Assembly (NCBI GenBank): GCA_035344155.1
Contig: DAORAL010000012.1
Location: forward strand, 19,470-83,469
Length of the DNA: 64,000 nucleotides
Origin: Phycisphaerae bacterium
GTDB taxonomy: Bacteria; Planctomycetota; Phycisphaerae; UBA1845
Direction of reading: 5' to 3'
This document shows positions 36,409 through 45,188 of this stretch, one piece after another. Made by a program: the position numbers and the translations under genes. Every line of letters starts with the position of its first letter. Within the stretch, counting starts at the first letter, position 1. The notes beneath the pieces are model-generated. The model was not told the origin of the DNA, did not search any database, and saw only the letters and a list, made by a program, of their open reading frames with translations.

Positions 36409-37380
36409 ATGCAATACACGCACATGCACGGCTGCGGCAATTCGTTCTATGTCATCGACGCGCGCGATGGCGGTCCTGATGATCGCGCCGCCATCGATAC
36501 GGTGCGCAGGCACTGCGGCGACCCGTTTGATCTTGACGGCATTGTGATGATCCATCCATCGGCCATCGCTGATGTTAAAACCGTGATCTACAACTCAGAC
36601 GGCTCCCGTGCGCCAATGTGTGGCAATGGCGTCCGCTGTCTCAGCAAGTTCGTGGTCGACCATACGCCCGATGCATCAACGCTGCTGGTGGAGCCGACGA
36701 CGATCGGCGAGTTGACGCGAGCACTGGCGACATCAGCCGAGGGACTTCCACCTCAGGTTCGGCGGGTTCTGCTCGCTTCAATCATGCAAACGGAATGGAC
36801 GGTGGACGATCGCGTTACGCTGCGCCGAATGACGGCTGAGACTGATTCGGGAATCAAAACGCACTATTGCGTGTTACGGGCGGATGGGGTGATCTGGGCG
36901 ACGGTATCGCTTGGAAGTCCTGAAACGCGTCTTGCGAGATTGAATTGTACACTCGACGGAGACGAAGCGTTCGACCGCATGGTCCGCGTTGGCGATGGCT
37001 GTTTCCAAGTGTCCGTTATCGGACTTGGCAACCTCCACTGCGTCGTGTTCGTGGATGATGTCGAAACCGTCAACGTGGAAGCGCAGGGGCGATTGATCGA
37101 AACGTGCGCTGAGATATTCCCCGACAGTGTCAACGTGCATTTCGTTCAAACGTTTAGCCCCACGCATCTTCGAATCCGCACTTGGGAGCGGGGAGCGGGT
37201 GCTACGCTGGCGTGCGGGACGGGCTCATGTGCGTCTGTGATCGCCGGAATGAAGACGGGACGATGTCAATCCAACTGCCGCGTGGATCAGCCGGGAGGGA
37301 CGATTTACGTGGATGTGGCCGACGATGTTCTGATGTCCGGACCGGCGGTCGAAGTTAGTCAGGGGGAATGGCCCGACTAG
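36409..37380 (+). CDS. dapF: Diaminopimelate epimerase
   Basis: MHGCGNSFYVID, first catalytic Cys in NSDGSRAPMCGNGVRC, second in TLACGTGSCA. At 323 aa it is about 40-50 aa longer than typical, with an insertion after the first Cys motif. Confidence 0.88.
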   Translation: MQYTHMHGCGNSFYVIDARDGGPDDRAAIDTVRRHCGDPFDLDGIVMIHPSAIADVKTVIYNSDGSRAPMCGNGVRCLSKFVVDHTPDASTLLVEPTTIGELTRALATSAEGLPPQVRRVLLASIMQTEWTVDDRVTLRRMTAETDSGIKTHYCVLRADGVIWATVSLGSPETRLARLNCTLDGDEAFDRMVRVGDGCFQVSVIGLGNLHCVVFVDDVETVNVEAQGRLIETCAEIFPDSVNVHFVQTFSPTHLRIRTWERGAGATLACGTGSCASVIAGMKTGRCQSNCRVDQPGGTIYVDVADDVLMSGPAVEVSQGEWPD

Positions 37381-37447
37381 GGCACCTCGAGTCCAATCGT
37401 AGCCGCGCGACAGCGTCGTCATTCCCGCGCAGGCGGGAATCCAGGGG
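37378..37447 (+). repeat. 70-bp intergenic repeat, copy 2
   Basis: tagggcacctcgagtccaatcgtagccgcgcgacagcgtcgtcattcccgcgcaggcgggaatccagggg. It starts at the dapF TAG stop. Confidence 0.85.
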
Positions 37448-37689
37448 CAGAACGAAGGCACTCCAGGTGGGGTCCGGCATCCGTGCTGTGAGGAATGGGC
37501 GAGCAAAACGCGACGCCTGGATTGGGATCGCTATAGCAACGAGGTCGATGTCGCCGGTGTTTTGTCTGGATTGACGCCGGGGGGCAGCTTGGGTCGATTT
37601 GTTTTTCATCACTGGGTTGATTCACCCGATAAACCAAGGACAGGCCCAATCCCTGAACCCGCGTAGAAGGTTCACAATCGGAGAGAGAG

Positions 37690-38616
37690 ATGAATCCGAA
37701 CGTCGTCGAAGCGATTCGCAAGTCCGCAGCCGTCCCATCCATGCCGCAGGTTGTCACGCGATTTCTGGAGGTCATTCAGGATCCCAACTTTGATTACAAC
37801 AGTGTGGTCAAAGTGTTGAGCGTCGATGCCGGTACGGTCAGCGAGATCCTGCGCCTCTCCAACTCGGCGCTCTTTGGCGTGTCGCGGAAAGTGACTTCGT
37901 TGAAGCAGGCCCTCACGTTGCTTGGACCTCGGCGCACGCGCTCATTGGTGCTGGGACGATACCTTGTCGAAGCGATCGGCGACAATTGTGGTGGTGCGCT
38001 TGATACGAGTTACTACTGGCGACGGTCGCTGTCGGCTGGCGTCATTGCTGCGCGCATCTCAGACAAGGCATGTCCACGACTTCGCGACGAAGCGTTTCTG
38101 ACCGGTCTGCTGGCCGACATTGGCGTGGCGATCTTGTCGCAGGCGATGGGGGACAAGTACGAACCAATCGTCAGCCAATACACGCCGCACGGTTCGCCTT
38201 ACACGGAGCAGGACGAACAGAAACTTGTCGACACGAGTCACAGCGAAGTGTCCGCGATGGTGTTGTCCGAGTGGGGTTTGCCCGAAGCGATGTGCGATGC
38301 GGTCAAAGAAAGCCACAACAACGAAATCGACGTGACGGACAATGCCTCGCAGATGGCCCGCGTGGTGAATGCGTCGGACCGGATCGCGAAAATCCTCTGC
38401 GAGATTCCCGACGTGAACACCTGCGTCGAGACCTGCGCCAAAGCCGCGGCGTTTTCGGGCGTTGAGCTGACCGACCTGGTCGAGATTCTCGACAGCGTCG
38501 AATCAGACGTCGAAGAGCTCGCTTCGGTGCTCAAGATCGATGTGATCCCAAGTGCCGTCTACGAAAAAATCGCCCACGCGATTCGCGAACAATTGTCGGT
38601 TGCAACCGGTTCGTAG
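37690..38616 (+). CDS. Stand-alone HDOD-domain signalling protein
   Basis: MPQVVTRFLEVIQDPNFDYNSVVKVLSVDAGTVSEILRLSNSALFG...SLKQALTLLG is the HDOD N-terminal pattern. There is a degenerate HD-like core (SHSEVSAMVL) and a GGAGAGAGAG RBS. Confidence 0.85.
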   Translation: MNPNVVEAIRKSAAVPSMPQVVTRFLEVIQDPNFDYNSVVKVLSVDAGTVSEILRLSNSALFGVSRKVTSLKQALTLLGPRRTRSLVLGRYLVEAIGDNCGGALDTSYYWRRSLSAGVIAARISDKACPRLRDEAFLTGLLADIGVAILSQAMGDKYEPIVSQYTPHGSPYTEQDEQKLVDTSHSEVSAMVLSEWGLPEAMCDAVKESHNNEIDVTDNASQMARVVNASDRIAKILCEIPDVNTCVETCAKAAAFSGVELTDLVEILDSVESDVEELASVLKIDVIPSAVYEKIAHAIREQLSVATGS

Positions 38617-38668
38617 CCGCAAACACGGTTCCAGCACAACCCCAATCATGCAAGATGTTGCGCAAGGA

Positions 38669-39355
38669 TCACGCGGGTGGATCAAGAAATTCCCGCACGT
38701 CCATATTCTTGTGATGCGCACGCATTTTCTCAATGAATTGTTCGAATACCTTCAGTCTCGAACAGGCGATTTTGCGCGTTGAGTCAAACCTGAACGAATC
38801 ATTGATCTTAGCTGCCCAGAAACCGTACTTATTCTGGTTGTCCCACGTATCGATGACGGCATCGACCGATCGACCAGTGATAATCTGCTTAAACACTTTG
38901 GTGCACAGGGTGACGACGTTGAATTCATCGAGGTGGTCGGCTTCTGCGACGATCTGGGCACAAGGCTGGAGGATGTCGTGATCGCTCAGTACCCGAATGC
39001 ATTCCGCTGAGTATTCCAGAACGTCGGGCTTGGCAAAATTCTTCAATCGCTCGAGCATGAATGTCGCTGCGAGTGTGCGTTGGATGGCCGTGGTCACGGT
39101 GGCGTGAATGTCGTTGATATCGATTTCACCCGATTCATGTTGGACGGCCCAACCGGCATCGTGGTAAAGCGCGACGATGATGAGTTTGCCGGGATCGACA
39201 TCTTTTCCGGAAAACTCGGGGAGGCCCGCGATCAGTTGGGCGCTATCGTACACGCGATCGGCGTGGTCCCACAACATTGTGCGGGTCTTGCCTTCGGTGC
39301 ATTTCAGCACAAGGTCTTGCTGTGCCTGTTTTCGGATGGCATCCAGGTTAACCAT
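38669..39355 (-). CDS. HD-domain metal-dependent phosphohydrolase
   Basis: WDHADRV, LIIVALYHDAGW and EADHLDE give an H...HD...D pattern. G+C is lower than its neighbours. Confidence 0.75.
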   Translation of the reverse strand: MVNLDAIRKQAQQDLVLKCTEGKTRTMLWDHADRVYDSAQLIAGLPEFSGKDVDPGKLIIVALYHDAGWAVQHESGEIDINDIHATVTTAIQRTLAATFMLERLKNFAKPDVLEYSAECIRVLSDHDILQPCAQIVAEADHLDEFNVVTLCTKVFKQIITGRSVDAVIDTWDNQNKYGFWAAKINDSFRFDSTRKIACSRLKVFEQFIEKMRAHHKNMDVREFLDPPA

Positions 39356-39851
39356 GCCTGACTCCGAATCCCCAAAACAATCATCGGCGCAATGCGCGCC
39401 GGCTGATCGGGCGTACCTCCGCCGATCAGATGCACATGTTTCCGACCATTTACCTGACTTCGTTTGCGGCAGCCATTGCCCCGGCCTGCTACGTTGCCAA
39501 CAGAACCCAGATTGGATTGTGAATTCGCCTTGAATGCATCAAGGCACCGTTAGAAGTGTGTGCCTTTCCCAATTGAGCGACGTTACGGCTGATGCACGAA
39601 CGTTGCGATTCAATCTGAATTCGCGACACCTAACTTCCGACCCATGATTCAGTATAGCAGGACCTGCGCGGATAATTCAACACTTCGCCATGCGTCCAAA
39701 GGCAGTGAAACGAGGTGATTTGGCGTAAATCCGAAACAGTGTCGGCGTGTGGTACCGGCATGGAGGATAAGTATCGCTTGGACGAAATTCAGTGTGTGCG
39801 GAGGGGGGCGTTCATCGAGAAGCGCTTTGAAAACCGATTTGCGGCTGATCC

Positions 39852-41000
39852 TCAGTCAATTAATTCATAGTAGCAATTTCGCTTCTGCGGTTGCCAACCC
39901 GTATCGGTGATCAGATCGCGAATCTCCTGCTCAGCGAGGCAATAGGTCGTTCCGGCAGCCGACACGACGTTTTCTTCCATCATGACCGAGCCCATGTCGT
40001 TGGCGCCGTAGAACAAGGCGAGTTGGCCGATGGTCGGACCTTGCGTGACCCAACTGGATTGCACGTTGTCGATGTTGTTCAGGAAAATGCGCGACAGCGC
40101 CAGCATGCGCAGGTATTCATTCGAGTCGGCCAACATCAAATGCTTGCCGTCGGGAAGACCCTGATAGCTGGGCGGGAACTGCTTCATGCGGCCCAGGGGT
40201 GTGTTGTCCGGTTGGAATGTCCAAGTAATAAAAGCCGTGAATCCGCCGGTCTCGTCCTGCAGATCGCGAATGACCTGTAGCGATTCGATGCGCTCCTGAA
40301 CGGTTTCGATGTGTCCGAACATCATGGTGATGCTCGTGCGCATGCCGATCCTGTGCGCCTGACGCATGACTTCCATGTACTCGGCTGTGTTGGTCTTGCC
40401 CTGGCCAATCTTGTCGCGGACGCGATCGACGAGAATTTCGCCGCCGCCACCGGGGATCGTGTCCAGGCCCGCTTCTTGAAGACGCAGCAGCACGTCGCGA
40501 ATCGGCATGTCGAAAATCTGATGCAACCCATGGATTTCGGGCGGACTGAATGCGTGGATATGGATGCTCGGATAGTTCTTCTTGATAAACCGCATCAAGT
40601 CGAGATACCACTCAAACCTCAAAAGTTCCTTGGGCACCAATCCGCCTTGCATCAAGACTTGCGTGCCGCCGATTGCGAGCAATTCCTCTATTTTTTCAGC
40701 GATTTCTGCGAATGAAAGGACGTATCCATCGGGCAGATCGCGCCGTCCCGAATCCATCCCGGGTGGGTCGGCTTTGAAATTGCAGAAGATGCAACGGGCC
40801 GTGCAATAGTTGGAATAGTTGATGTTGCGATCGACGACGTAGGTGCGGTAGGGCTCAGGGTGTTTTTGTAGCGTGACGTCGTGGGCGAGCCGGCCGATCT
40901 CGTGAATCGAAAGGTCGTTGTACATCTGCCATGCGTCGTCAGCGCTGATGCGTGAAGTCGCGGGTGTCTGCGCCGGAATGGTTGAGGTTGACGAAATCAT
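39852..41000 (-). CDS. Radical SAM enzyme of the futalosine menaquinone pathway (MqnC/MqnE family)
   Basis: CxxxCxxC cluster motif in NINYSNYCTARCIFCNF, and the length and overall pattern fit the MqnC/MqnE family. Its ATG overlaps the mqnA stop (ATGA). I cannot separate MqnC from MqnE by eye. Confidence 0.8.
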   Translation of the reverse strand: MISSTSTIPAQTPATSRISADDAWQMYNDLSIHEIGRLAHDVTLQKHPEPYRTYVVDRNINYSNYCTARCIFCNFKADPPGMDSGRRDLPDGYVLSFAEIAEKIEELLAIGGTQVLMQGGLVPKELLRFEWYLDLMRFIKKNYPSIHIHAFSPPEIHGLHQIFDMPIRDVLLRLQEAGLDTIPGGGGEILVDRVRDKIGQGKTNTAEYMEVMRQAHRIGMRTSITMMFGHIETVQERIESLQVIRDLQDETGGFTAFITWTFQPDNTPLGRMKQFPPSYQGLPDGKHLMLADSNEYLRMLALSRIFLNNIDNVQSSWVTQGPTIGQLALFYGANDMGSVMMEENVVSAAGTTYCLAEQEIRDLITDTGWQPQKRNCYYELID

Positions 41001-41803
41001 GCAAACACCAACTCCTGCTTGTTGGGGACCAGATCAAATTCCTGAGCCAACGCGATGAAACGCGTGAGGCCTTCCTTGTGTCGCGGTGTAATCGTGAAAC
41101 GCAATCGATGCGTGAGGTAGCGTTGGGCAAGCTCCACCGGCCAACCGAGTCCCGGACCGATGTTGCTCGCGATCTCATTGGCGTTTTTCACGCCGCGATC
41201 GCGGGCGGATGCCAGCACTTGGTCGAGATTGCCCGCGTCGTAATCCTGGTCGGCAGCCCATGCCGCAAAGACGAACGGCAAACCAGTCAGCGATTTCCAC
41301 GCGCCGCCCAGATCGATTTGCATGTCGAGATGCGGCAGGTGACTGGTGATGACCTTGTCGCCGATCAAAAGAATTGCGTCGCACTGGTTGCGGTCGATGC
41401 TGTCATCCAATTGCACAATGTTGAGTCGCCTATTGAACTGTTGAAGCCAGATGACCTGCGCCAGCGCCACCGACGTATGCGAATCGCCATCGACGTAGAG
41501 CGTTTCGACTTCAGATGCCGGAATGTTCGAGAACACACGGACGGTCAGCGTCTCGCCATCGCAGCCGATGCACGCGTCGGAGATGATCTTCCACTTGCGG
41601 TCAGGTCCGACGAGGTCAATCACGGGCACGAGGGCGACATCGACATCGCCCGCGTCGAGCATGGGGGCCAGCGCTGCGGGGACGGCATGCGTCAATTCCA
41701 GGTTTGCGTCGGAATCAAGGCCATCGGTCAGGGGCTTGGCATTGAGATACGAAACGACTCCGAGGCGATGTTTGCGTGATGAACCATCGAGGCTGTTGGG
41801 CAT
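40997..41803 (-). CDS. mqnA: Chorismate dehydratase MqnA (futalosine pathway)
   Basis: HRLGVVSYLNAKPLTDGL is the MqnA N-terminal signature. The product is 268 aa from ATG 41803. The 195-codon upstream extension in the track (to 42388) has no coding character. Confidence 0.8.
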   Translation of the reverse strand: MPNSLDGSSRKHRLGVVSYLNAKPLTDGLDSDANLELTHAVPAALAPMLDAGDVDVALVPVIDLVGPDRKWKIISDACIGCDGETLTVRVFSNIPASEVETLYVDGDSHTSVALAQVIWLQQFNRRLNIVQLDDSIDRNQCDAILLIGDKVITSHLPHLDMQIDLGGAWKSLTGLPFVFAAWAADQDYDAGNLDQVLASARDRGVKNANEIASNIGPGLGWPVELAQRYLTHRLRFTITPRHKEGLTRFIALAQEFDLVPNKQELVFA

Positions 41804-42088
41804 GGCTGATTTCCAGCGGTGTTTTGAACCGGACAGAATCCTAGAATTCTCAAGCGTCGATGTCTCATGCCAGCATGCACGAGCCGCCCGTCTGCCTGAG
41901 ATTATTTTGCTGGGATTATAAGGATGATTCCGACACCTCACCAGCATTTGCACAACTTGCGACAGGCTTTCAAGTTTTTTGAAATCTCGGGTTGGTCGGC
42001 TCCGGATTTGTTTGACGCGGTTTTGGGGCGTTGATACTGTTGCCCAACGCATTGATTGGAACGAACCGCCCCGGGATCGCAGGCCGCC

Positions 42089-42751
42089 ATGTCGCAAGTC
42101 ACCAAATCTGTGTGCAGTAAACACCTCAGCCGAGCCAGGCGTATGCCGATCTTCGCCGTCATGACCTACGGATTGCTCTTGGGGATGGCTTGGGTGTGCG
42201 GTTGCCACAAGCCGGCAGGTTACTTCGAGATCACCAACCATGTCGATGTCGGCGAGTCGGAGCAGCTGCACGAGGTTTTCGACGAGGCCTATTACATGAC
42301 GTCGCCGGATGGCAATATGGACGTGGTGGTGCGGCGGAGCAGTCAAAACGACATCAACGACCCCAACCGCGTTGCACAAATCGTTCATATCCGCAGCGTG
42401 TTTTCGCCGGTGGAAGATCGCAACAAGATCGAAAGCACGATGATCAACGGCGTGGTCGCGTATTCGATCATCGGTGATCTGGGAGCCGTGTGCTTTCAGG
42501 GGGCTGGCTTCTCATCGTTTTCGGAGAACCGCAAGGGCGACACGTTGAAAGGCGAGTTGGAGCAGTCCAACCTGCGGCTCGTCCGGCGCGTGGGGGAGAT
42601 TGGCGACATCTTCAACCGCACGCGATTGTCGGGCGAATTCAAAGCCACTCGCGATGAAAAAGCCGTGGTCAGAATCCTGAACGAAATGGACCGGTTCCTC
42701 GGGCCGCAACCGCGATACATCCCACCACCGCCCGGCACAAATCCGTTGTAA
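42089..42751 (+). CDS. Hypothetical lipoprotein
   Basis: Signal peptide with a lipobox-like GMAWVCGC. I recognise no domain. The start could be TTG 42056, ATG 42089 or ATG 42143. Confidence 0.55.
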   Translation: MSQVTKSVCSKHLSRARRMPIFAVMTYGLLLGMAWVCGCHKPAGYFEITNHVDVGESEQLHEVFDEAYYMTSPDGNMDVVVRRSSQNDINDPNRVAQIVHIRSVFSPVEDRNKIESTMINGVVAYSIIGDLGAVCFQGAGFSSFSENRKGDTLKGELEQSNLRLVRRVGEIGDIFNRTRLSGEFKATRDEKAVVRILNEMDRFLGPQPRYIPPPPGTNPL

Positions 42752-42782
42752 TGGCGATCAAGTTAAGAACGCGCGAGCCGTT

Positions 42783-42847
42783 GTAGGGTGGGCCGTGCCC
42801 ACCATTGTCGTTGGCAACCAAACAGCGGTGGGCACGGCCCACCCTAC
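42783..42847. repeat. Palindromic intergenic repeat, full copy (inverted core orientation)
   Basis: gtagggtgggccgtgcccacc-attgtcgttggcaaccaaacagc-ggtgggcacggcccaccctac. The 21-bp arms are perfect inverted repeats and each arm is itself a hairpin (GGTGGGC-cgt-GCCCACC). It lies between convergent genes. Confidence 0.85.
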
Positions 42848-42856
42848 GCGATTCCT

Positions 42857-43099
42857 CTATGGCAATTTGATTTCGTCCGTCGCTATATCAAGCGGGACAT
42901 GATGGTGGTCGCTCGGTTTGCTTTCCGAGAAAATCCGCACAATGCAAAAGATGCAAAGCGCTGTAACCAGCCCTATGCTGCCGAGCATCATCGCCCAACC
43001 GCCCGGAGTCAGCCCCGTGATTTCGGAAGCATCAGTCGGTGGTGTGTTGGCCAGCATTTGTGCCGACACGAATTGAATGAATGTCCATCCTGATAGCAT
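42857..43099 (-). CDS. Small membrane protein, possible NSS-transporter small subunit (MetS-like)
   Basis: 80-aa ORF starting 3 nt after the transporter stop. It has a single TM, GGWAMMLGSIGLVTALCIFCIVRIF. A shorter product from an internal Met (MLANTPP...) is possible. Confidence 0.45.
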   Translation of the reverse strand: MLSGWTFIQFVSAQMLANTPPTDASEITGLTPGGWAMMLGSIGLVTALCIFCIVRIFSESKPSDHHHVPLDIATDEIKLP

Positions 43100-43102
43100 C
43101 GT

Positions 43103-44893
43103 TTACGCCTCCATCAAGCTTTCAAGATGTTCTCTATGGGCAATGGTCTGTCCGATCCGATTGCGACATGCGATATCAATTGCGGCTGTGATGATGATAA
43201 ACAGCAACCCCACGCCCACGATGCTGAAGCGCGCGATGTTGGCATTGAGTCGGGCGTCGGCGATCTTCGCTTTGACCGCTTCGGTTGGTTGCGTGTACCA
43301 GGTTGGTTTGGTCGCACGCGGTTTTGACTGGATTTCACGCACGCGTTCGATTTTTTTCTTCGCCCCGTCCTCACCGGTGAATTCATCCGGGAATTCCGCG
43401 ACGAGGGCGGCTTCGATGCCCTTGTATTCCGGGCTCATGCTTCGGAGGCGGTCCGGGGCGTTGTAGTAACACCACAGCGACAACACGATGATGAGGAATG
43501 CCGGCGTGAGGTACCTGATCATAAAGGGCATGAAACTCGGGAGCTTAAAGTCGGACCCGCGGTTGGTTTCGTTGACCCCGCGTTCGGCTCCGATGACCCA
43601 GCCGAAAATCAAGACCTGGGCGAGTCCGGCGACGATCATCATGAATTCGCAGGCAAAGTCCGTGAAATCCAACGCCTGGGCGTTGAGGCTGAAGTACATC
43701 ACCAGGGATGCACCAGCCGCAGTGATAATCGCCAACAACGTCACGCTCACCGGACGTCGCAATCCAAACCCATCTTCAAGAAACGCGATCGCCGGCTGCA
43801 ACATGCTGAGCGAACTCGTGACGGCAGCGAGGAACAACAATCCAAACCACATCCCGCCAAAGAAGTTCCCGCCAAACGGCATCAGGTGCATGATCGCCGG
43901 GACGGTGAAGAACCCAACCTGGAAGGTGCTTTCCGGTGTGTGTGACGATCCCAGAAAAAGAAAAGCAGCCGGGACGACGATCAATCCGCCGAGGATGACT
44001 TCGCAGAACTCGTTGGCGCTTGAAGCGCTCAGCGACGTCAGCACAACGTCATCGCTGGGTTTCAAGTAACTTGAATAGCAGAGGATCAATCCGAAACCGA
44101 CGCTGAGGCTGAAGAATATCTGACCAGCCGCCCGCATCCAGACTTCCGGGTTCTTAAGTAGTTCCCACTTGGGGTTCCACATGAATCCCAGCCCGGTCCC
44201 GATGTTGTCGAGCGTGAGTACGCGGACAAGAACGATGATTGCACATCCGATCAACAGCGGCATGGCGAACTTGCAGAACGTTTCGATGCCGCGCGTGACG
44301 CCGCGATAGATGATCACAAAGTTGACGAGGAAACACACGCACACATACCAGAGCATGCTGGACTCAAACATCGCGCCGTTGGACTTCAGCGCGAATTGAT
44401 CCATCGCATATTCGACGGATGCACCGGCAACGGCATCGTTGTATGCCGCCGTGTTCTTGGCGATGCCTTCGACGGCCGCACCGATGTGCGCGTCAAACCC
44501 GCCCGTGAAATACGCCACCGAATAACGCAGGCAAAGCGCTTCGAGCAACACGTAATACATGTAGACAACGATCGGAACGAGCAGCGTCAGTGCGCCGATT
44601 CCCTTGGCCGGCGCCTTTCGCCAGATGGCGTAGAGGATGCCCGCGCCATTGTTCTGCCCGTAGCGACCACCGAGGCGGCCCATGGTCCATTCGCACCATA
44701 CGATGGGAATGCCCAGAAGCAGAAAGCTGATGATGTATGGCACCATGAAGGCGCCGCCGCCGTTGTTGACGGCTGTCCCTGGAAAGCGAAGGAAGTTTCC
44801 AAGCCCGACAGCCGACCCTGCGACGGCGAGGATCACGCCGGCTTTTGAACCCCAGCTTTCCTTTTGTTGATGTTGAAGATCCGGACTGGTCAT
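43103..44893 (-). CDS. Sodium-dependent transporter, neurotransmitter:sodium symporter (NSS/SNF) family
   Basis: 596 aa. The N-terminus WGSKAGVILAVAGSAVGLGNFLRFPG is the NSS signature, followed by about 12 TM segments. Confidence 0.92.
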   Translation of the reverse strand: MTSPDLQHQQKESWGSKAGVILAVAGSAVGLGNFLRFPGTAVNNGGGAFMVPYIISFLLLGIPIVWCEWTMGRLGGRYGQNNGAGILYAIWRKAPAKGIGALTLLVPIVVYMYYVLLEALCLRYSVAYFTGGFDAHIGAAVEGIAKNTAAYNDAVAGASVEYAMDQFALKSNGAMFESSMLWYVCVCFLVNFVIIYRGVTRGIETFCKFAMPLLIGCAIIVLVRVLTLDNIGTGLGFMWNPKWELLKNPEVWMRAAGQIFFSLSVGFGLILCYSSYLKPSDDVVLTSLSASSANEFCEVILGGLIVVPAAFLFLGSSHTPESTFQVGFFTVPAIMHLMPFGGNFFGGMWFGLLFLAAVTSSLSMLQPAIAFLEDGFGLRRPVSVTLLAIITAAGASLVMYFSLNAQALDFTDFACEFMMIVAGLAQVLIFGWVIGAERGVNETNRGSDFKLPSFMPFMIRYLTPAFLIIVLSLWCYYNAPDRLRSMSPEYKGIEAALVAEFPDEFTGEDGAKKKIERVREIQSKPRATKPTWYTQPTEAVKAKIADARLNANIARFSIVGVGLLFIIITAAIDIACRNRIGQTIAHREHLESLMEA

Positions 44894-45188
44894 TTAAGTT
44901 TCTGCCAACTTATGAATTTGCCAACTTAAGTTTTTGCCAACTGTTTGATGAAGGAGCCGAATCAGCCGGACCCAATTGACATTGCGGGCCCGTTCGCCAT
45001 TTTGAACCGATAGCGTAAACGTCGAGGGGATAGCCCACAAGGGGGTGGATTGCAAGTAAAAATGAATAAGATCGGTAAAGACGAATCATCGACAGATCGT
45101 TTTGGTCTGTGTTAGACTGCGTTGTTTTTAACATGCAGCCCCAGCTATTTTCAGATAAGCAGATGGGGCGTTCAGATCAACGGATGGA

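Noticed and set aside
41804-42388. The N-terminal 195 codons of the 463-aa track ORF containing mqnA.
   Set aside because: The extension has no coding character or similarity. It overlaps the divergent promoter region and the start of the lipoprotein gene on the other strand. The MqnA signature begins right after Met196 (ATG 41803).
44910-45134. A 74-aa minus-strand ORF in the AT-richer gap between the NSS transporter and the GT39 gene.
   Set aside because: It has no RBS and an odd composition. It lies in a divergent promoter region and is likely non-coding.
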